From: Zancudomyces culisetae HAW-14-8
Lineage: Eukaryota; Fungi; Kickxellomycota
NCBI GenBank assembly: GCA_052426225.1
Contig: JBNJNM010000011.1
Span: 1,240,001-1,304,000, forward strand
Direction: 5' to 3'
Length of the DNA stretch: 64,000 bases
The position numbers were made by a program, and so were the translations under genes. Positions 58,098-64,000 of the stretch are shown piece by piece (within the stretch, counting starts at the first letter, position 1; every line of letters begins with the position of its first letter). The notes beneath the pieces were generated by a model. The model did no database searches, was not told the DNA's origin, and saw only the letters and a program-made list of their open reading frames with translations.

Positions 58098-60710
58098 TTA
58101 TTTTATGGTATTTGTATCCACTAACTTTGTTTATACCTATAGAGGATATACAAGAAAATGGAAATTAATATAAAACCAGTCGCAGTCTTATCCTCTTAGT
58201 ATTCTGGCCAGTATATTTTTGTATTATACCAAGTTTCTCTGCTCTCTTTAATGCTATTCCAAAAATAATGGTTTTATTTACTATATTAATATCAATTATA
58301 ACAATCAAAGACGGCAATCACTCGAAAAAAAAAGAATATCAAGATATCCTTGAGTAATGTACTCGTACTTCCGCTTCCAGTAGAGGAGAGCAACAATCAA
58401 ATATTTTTTTTCCCGCCCTTTGTAATTCAACCATTTGCATTGATTTTTTTTCCGATATTTTATTTTGCAGAAGCTTTTCAATTAATGTTATATTCAATAT
58501 TTGCTCTCTAGTAAGCTAATAAAGGCAATAAAAATTAAATTCAATCGGATAAATTGAACCAAGAGCTTACCTATCCAACAATATCTTGCACAAAAGACAT
58601 ACGTTTACCTAATTTTCTCAACCATTGTTATTTGACGAATTTTCAAGTCAACATTTGATTTATCGTGTGCTAATTGCTCCATATTTGATTTCCATAACCT
58701 ATGGGCCTGTAATCCCACCTGTCATTCGTTCCATTGATTTACATTTATTACAAAATCGCCATCTCTTTTATGTTTATGTAACCTAATTATTCTCCACAAA
58801 CAAAACGAAAAAAAAAATAACAAAAAAAGGAATAAAATAAAACAAAATAACGTCGATTTAGCTCTATGCAATGGATTGTTTTTTTTAGCCAATTTGCTAT
58901 TCAGTTTACATGTAGGGTGAGGTATTCTGGAATTTGCCCAATTTGGCTAAATCTGTTTTGCAGACATGGATACACTTTGTAAATCTAAGCACGTTATGTA
59001 ATGTCAAGCAATTCAGGAATTTATTCAGCTTTGCGATGCAACATTGCACCAATTATGAATCTGGGGATTTGAGCGACCTTCTTTCTAGCCGCATGATACC
59101 CCTTTACCCTTCCACTCCGCCTCAATACCTGTTGTGCATTCTGCTTGGTAAAGTTCAGTTCTCAATAGAACCAAAAACATTTATACTTAATTTTACTTAT
59201 TTACCTGCTTATTTACCTATACAACATCCATCATTTCCCTGGTCATTAACTAGGTATCCGATTACTCAAAGAGACTGGCATCCCATTTTCACCACCCCAT
59301 ATTCCTTTTCCTTCCCTTTTTTTCTCTGTTCATTTGCTCAAGATTTATAGCCAAAACTATCACTCTATCAATCACAGCCTTAGTTAATTTCAAAACTCCC
59401 CCAAATTGCAATTGCTGACAATAACAACGATTATTTACAAAAAAATCAATCACCGATCTCATAATTTCTGTCCACAATTATCAATTATTTAACCCTGTAA
59501 CTTTTTATTTAGGTTGAAAAAGTGCCACAGTTTTTGTAATTCCCATATATTACACCTTTATTTTTTCTTTCCGCTTTTGTTTATACAAATGATCAGTAAG
59601 ATACAAACATACACAGCTTTTTGTTAAATTCAAACTCATTCCTTGAACCTATTTCAATGAGTATTAGCGGTAGTTTGCACATTTGTAAAAAAAAACCAAC
59701 CCACCCCTCATCACCCCTCCTTTCCCTAATCTCAACAAAAACCCGTCACATCAACATTCCGAGTCCACATCCTCCCTTTTATTCTAAAGTGCACTGGGTT
59801 TTCCACATGGGGTTTTTTTTCACCCATTAAAATAATGATCCCATTAATCCCACCCATTGTCGAACGCTGGTTTGTCTTTATTTGACTTTAGTTTTTTTGT
59901 AACCACACTGATATACCAAGTTTAATTAGCACAATTCCAATAAAAAAATACTAAAACTAAAACTAAAACAAATAAACTTTTAATTTAAAAAATAACATAC
60001 TTTCTGCTATTTCTTTTGTAGCCTTCTTGAACTTGATAATCCACTATTACACTTCCCCTCCCTTGTTTACCCAATTTATAATTTTGTCTTTGACAAGACT
60101 AGGGTTAAGCGCACCAATCCTAAACTACACAATTGGTTCTCCCTTAAAAAAGTAGGCATTTTTATTAAATATTCCAATATAACATCTCAACATTACACGT
60201 TACTTTTAATTTTCATGTCTTATACTTGCCGAACACAAATCATTTTCGCGTTACGGCTGTTTAGAAAAAAGGGTCGCCTCGCTAAATACATCATACTACT
60301 CCTTTTGCTACAAGGCTTTATATTTATCAAACCTCGTTTTCAAACTATAAACCCATTTGATGTGAATACAGCAACCGGGTCAGTATGACAAATGTCACAA
60401 CAATATCATCAAATACACAGCACCTACTTTCTTGACACCTGTATTATACACAAACAATGTATATTGGCATAACACACCATTGATCGATGAATGTACAAAC
60501 TTAGTTGCACGCCAATTAACTGAAAATATTTTCATTTTTCTATATCATTAAAAACCAATATTAACAAAGAAATAAAAAAGTTTAATATTAAAAAAGGGGG
60601 GAAACAGATGCATGAATAGCTTGATTTGTAAGCTCTATACTCGCTTTAAACACATTAAAATCTTTACACCAAAACATAAATCTAACCAATTTAAAAAAAT
60701 AAGTAGCCGC

Positions 60711-61738
60711 TCAAGAAATATGCATCAAATATCCAAGATTGATCAACGTCTCTACATCGCTGCGTCTAACATAATGCTGGCTATTTTCCTGTAAATTTAT
60801 CACTCCAAACTCTGTCATGATTTCGCCGCATTCTCGCAACACCCTAACCTCTATAAACAATTCAACAGGCGGCTTTTCCAAACTTGAAGTCCAATCAAGT
60901 GTAAAGTAACCCAGTTCCTTCTCAACACTATCCTTGTATTGCTTCACCGCTGTTGTGTAGTCTTGAATAAACTGCCTCTCCACATGCGATATCTTTTCAG
61001 AAATCGCTACAGACAAGCGGTTGTCTCGACCCGGATCCTTAAGCTTGTCTGGATCAGAATGGCCGGTAATTCCAGAATCCACTTCCATCCCCTCATGCCC
61101 TGCGCCTGATGCCGGCAAAAGCATTGATGGGTTAAGGTTTATGGCCCAGCTTATTTTCATTAGCACTTCCTCACGTCTCTTGTGATACGCCATCAAAATT
61201 CTCTTATTTCTATGTACAGTAAGGTGATTCAGCACCAATATACTCATTATCGAGCTCATATTTTTATTCTGACCGCCATTTACAGCTCCAACACTGCTAG
61301 AGTTATCACTAGAAACCATCCCATGTCCATAAATGTCGTTTCCTGCACCAGCCTTCACCGATTCTGCCTATTTACGTGTGCAAATATCAATGAATAAAAA
61401 AATCTCGTATATTCATATACAATATCTAAAATATTCTAACCACTCACATTTCCAATGAACGAAGATCCTTCAAATGTCGATTCAAAGTTGTTTTTTTGAG
61501 AACTGTCCAGATAGTTACTGCTAAATAAAGAAGAAGAATCAAGGTTGCTCGACAAATTGTTCAAATCAATATCTTTGTGTCTCTCTCCAACAATTGCCAA
61601 ATACTCCTCCACTTTTTTCCAAAGCTGTCGAGTTTGCCTGGTAATTAACGAAACTTGCTGTCTGTTGTACGGTGTCAGATTTTCAACAGTGATTCTTTTT
61701 GCTTCTTTTGCCAACTGGTATGCCTCATCGCCCAACAT
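60711..61738 (-). CDS. PSF1: GINS complex subunit Psf1, 2 exons (61738-61448, 61367-60711)
   Basis: MLGDEAYQLAKEAKR..LTPYN; HRNKRILMAYH..R; PPVELFIEVRVLRECGEIMTEFGVINL..NSQHYVRRSDVETLINLGYL. An 80-nt GTGAGT..TAG intron is in phase 0. Confidence 0.95.
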
Positions 61739-62131
61739 TGTGTGTGTTCTGACAAAATAGAATCGTTATTTTTTTTAATAAATGTATATCAGTAATTCAA
61801 CACAACTCTACATAAAACTCGAACTTGCCTCTATGTATATCAAACTGGCTATCTTGTTTACACATACATCAAGTTGCTGGATGTTTTTATTTATTGCATC
61901 TGTTCCATGCTTTTAATTCGCTGGTTTTATTTTTGTTGTGATGTTTTGCCAGAATTGTTACAACCACTAATAAACATGACCACAAATTCAACCGGCAAAT
62001 AGCTGAAATAAGTTCAACTCTGTTAATATTTTAAAACTAGTGTCAAAAACGAATAGAATACACATAAACACAAGAAAAAGGTGCTTACAGCCAAATATAT
62101 CAATCTAAACTAACGAGATCCGGCGCAAAAA

Positions 62132-62422
62132 ATGTCTTTAGCTTTGAAATTCTCAGATATAATACAAGATGTACAGCAATATCTAGGGAGCCAAGTGCAA
62201 CAAGATGAAAATAATGTTCTATCATTGAGCGAGCTAGATGGGGAATCCGCCACCGAAAAAGGCAACGAGAGTATAGAGTATCTCGCTCAACTTAAGGTGT
62301 TGGAAGACACTCTAGATAAGAAGGCTTACATTGAGAAGGAATACAAAAACATTGCACTCTTTAAAGAAAAGATTAATGAATTAGAACAGGAAATCGATGA
62401 AATTAACAGTGATATTTGCTGA
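62132..62422 (+). CDS. Small acidic coiled-coil hypothetical protein (96 aa), divergent from PSF1
   Basis: AAAAATG start context; helical E/K/L-rich composition. Confidence 0.55.
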   Translation: MSLALKFSDIIQDVQQYLGSQVQQDENNVLSLSELDGESATEKGNESIEYLAQLKVLEDTLDKKAYIEKEYKNIALFKEKINELEQEIDEINSDIC

Positions 62423-63637
62423 AATATTACTATAGCACAGCGTTTTCAGAATATCTGACGTGGCCCAGACGCTTTACTTATAGTAAATCACATAAAAATG
62501 CCTTCAAAAAGTCAAAATATAACTGAAAGACCACTGCTAAATCTATGAATCACCATCATTGTTATTGTAAACGGCACTCGAAACACCTAAACAAATACAA
62601 TCGCTTTCCAATACTACTGGTATGTATGTATTCAAATTTCTGTGTCCAGATACCACAGAGAAGCATTTTTGTTTTAATCGGGATATCAAACTAGTTTTAT
62701 TTGCTCCTTCGAAACCGCTAGAGTGACTAATCTTCCGGATTCTAGCTTGCTATACCTGATGCTCTACTACCGATTTCTCAACAATATCTATTGGCAATTG
62801 TATTGGTAGATTTCATACATTGATAGCACAAATCATACTGGAGGGCGGTAGCTTAGATTTTATTGTATATTTTACCCATAATAATAATAAACTCATTTCT
62901 AACACGACCTTTAACTCCGACACTGGCCTATAAAATCTACTCTGATGTGTGACAGTGTTGTGGATCCCTCCTTTCTTTCTTGGCTAGATGTAGCCATAAT
63001 AATGGACCTATATCATTTCTCTGTACTATTGGTGTACTCCCACTTTTTATTGCACTATCACTTGGTTATATAATGACGCATTAGTTATATCTAACCATTT
63101 TATAATATCCTGGCTGGCCTATTTACCCACAACATGTGACCATCAGGACTACTATCACGGGAATAACTATATTGGACACTCACTCAACCGCTTGGCTAAT
63201 TTGAACCCATGTTTTTGCTTTCTTTTTGCGGTTTTGAAATCAAAGAATCCATTTAAAAACACAAGACAGCATTAAGTTCCAACTCACTGAAATTGAGTGG
63301 ATGTTATCTGTGTTTCCAGAGTCTCCCACTGAATACTACTTTGGGGGCTATCCTCCAAGATTTGCGGTATTTGTATTAGTAATCATGGGTGCTATTTTTG
63401 ATTATTGGTATAAAACACAAAAAAAAAAGATTCGTCGAATCAGCCAATAAAAGTTACAGTAAAATGCTTACCTTAAGCGGTAAACCAATTCTGTTCCTAT
63501 CTACTTATTGCCCTGTTTTTTTTTATCGCATCAAATTATAAATAAACTGAGTTCAGCCTTTGCTGGAGTTTCATATATTTTTTGAGTCAAAGATTTAAGA
63601 GCAACAAAAAATATATATATTATAAAATTTTAAAAAA

Positions 63638-64000
63638 ATGTTTTCAAGAGTCGCTAGAAAGGTAAGAACTAATTTGGCTTTCTGACCCAACAAGACAGTC
63701 TTTTTTCTCTCTTTTTATATAGTATAAAGTACTAATTTTAAAAGGTGATTACGCTACCATCTCTCGATTAACTATATAGGTATCCCCAGTGGCAAGTAGA
63801 TTTTATTCAACACAGCCCGCCGCAGGTAGTAAAGGAAAAGCTTTTCTGTATGCATCTCTCCTCACAGGTGGAATTCTAGCCGGAAGCTATTTATACACAT
63901 CAAAAAAACCTGAGACAGTTACAAAAGTTGAAAAAATGCAGATTGAGCAAGCCCTAAATCCCGAGAAATTCGTGCCTTTTGAACTCGCAGAGGTTGAAAA
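63638..64000 (+). CDS. MCR1: Mitochondrial NADH-cytochrome b5 reductase (Mcr1-like), 5' part; intron 63662-63779; runs off the window
   Basis: MFSRVARK|VSPVASRFYSTQ presequence, hydrophobic anchor (AFLYASLLTGGILAGSYLY), then ALNPEKFVPFELAEVE, typical of the start of the b5-reductase FAD domain. Confidence 0.75.

Noticed and set aside
35700-62130. Two CMG helicase genes (MCM4, PSF1) within ~22 kb, with loose E2F/SCB-like words upstream
   Set aside because: Unrelated genes lie between them and the motifs do not match consensus well; chance is sufficient.
62414-62600. The 96-aa ORF ends Cys-TGA with further in-frame TGAs: possible selenoprotein, since some early-diverging fungi use Sec
   Set aside because: No resemblance to a selenoprotein family, the read-through peptide is not protein-like, and I could not see a SECIS stem-loop.
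62450-63500. Possible gene between the small ORF and MCR1
   Set aside because: The frames examined are frequently interrupted and I could not build a spliced model.
1-64000. CRISPR arrays, intact transposons, rRNA, snRNAs, U12-type introns
   Set aside because: No regularly spaced repeats, RT/transposase motifs, rRNA/snRNA signatures or RTATCCTT donors were recognised by eye; a covariance-model scan is needed to exclude ncRNAs.

Overview
AT-rich eukaryotic (fungal) genomic DNA with short GT-AG introns of about 70-150 nt. Gene content (animal-type fused LKR/SDH, Myc/Mad-like bHLH-ZIP, trypsin-fold proteins, divergent housekeeping genes) suggests an early-diverging fungus, plausibly Zoopagomycota/Harpellales (inference only). 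In order, the window holds: a 5'-truncated FMP27/BLTP2 lipid-bridge gene, a Cys-rich orphan, an 11-exon PFK-2/FBPase-2 with a dead phosphatase site, a PA-TM-RING E3 ligase, AASS, a DDT/WHIM/PHD chromatin protein, glutaredoxin, MCM4, an orphan, a tRNA-Asp/tRNA-Glu tandem with a 7-nt spacer, a GPI-type pseudo-trypsin, a spliced Myc/Max/Mad-type bHLH-ZIP factor, DIS3, a 3-exon unknown gene, PSF1, a small coiled-coil ORF and the start of MCR1. A ~245-bp repeat occurs twice in opposite orientation. Strong G/C strand skew flips several times, including inside genes. I found no clear new multi-gene system. The best leads are the Myc/Mad-like factor, the fused AASS, the dicistronic tRNA, the skew switches and two pseudo-enzymes. 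Exon boundaries were inferred by eye.
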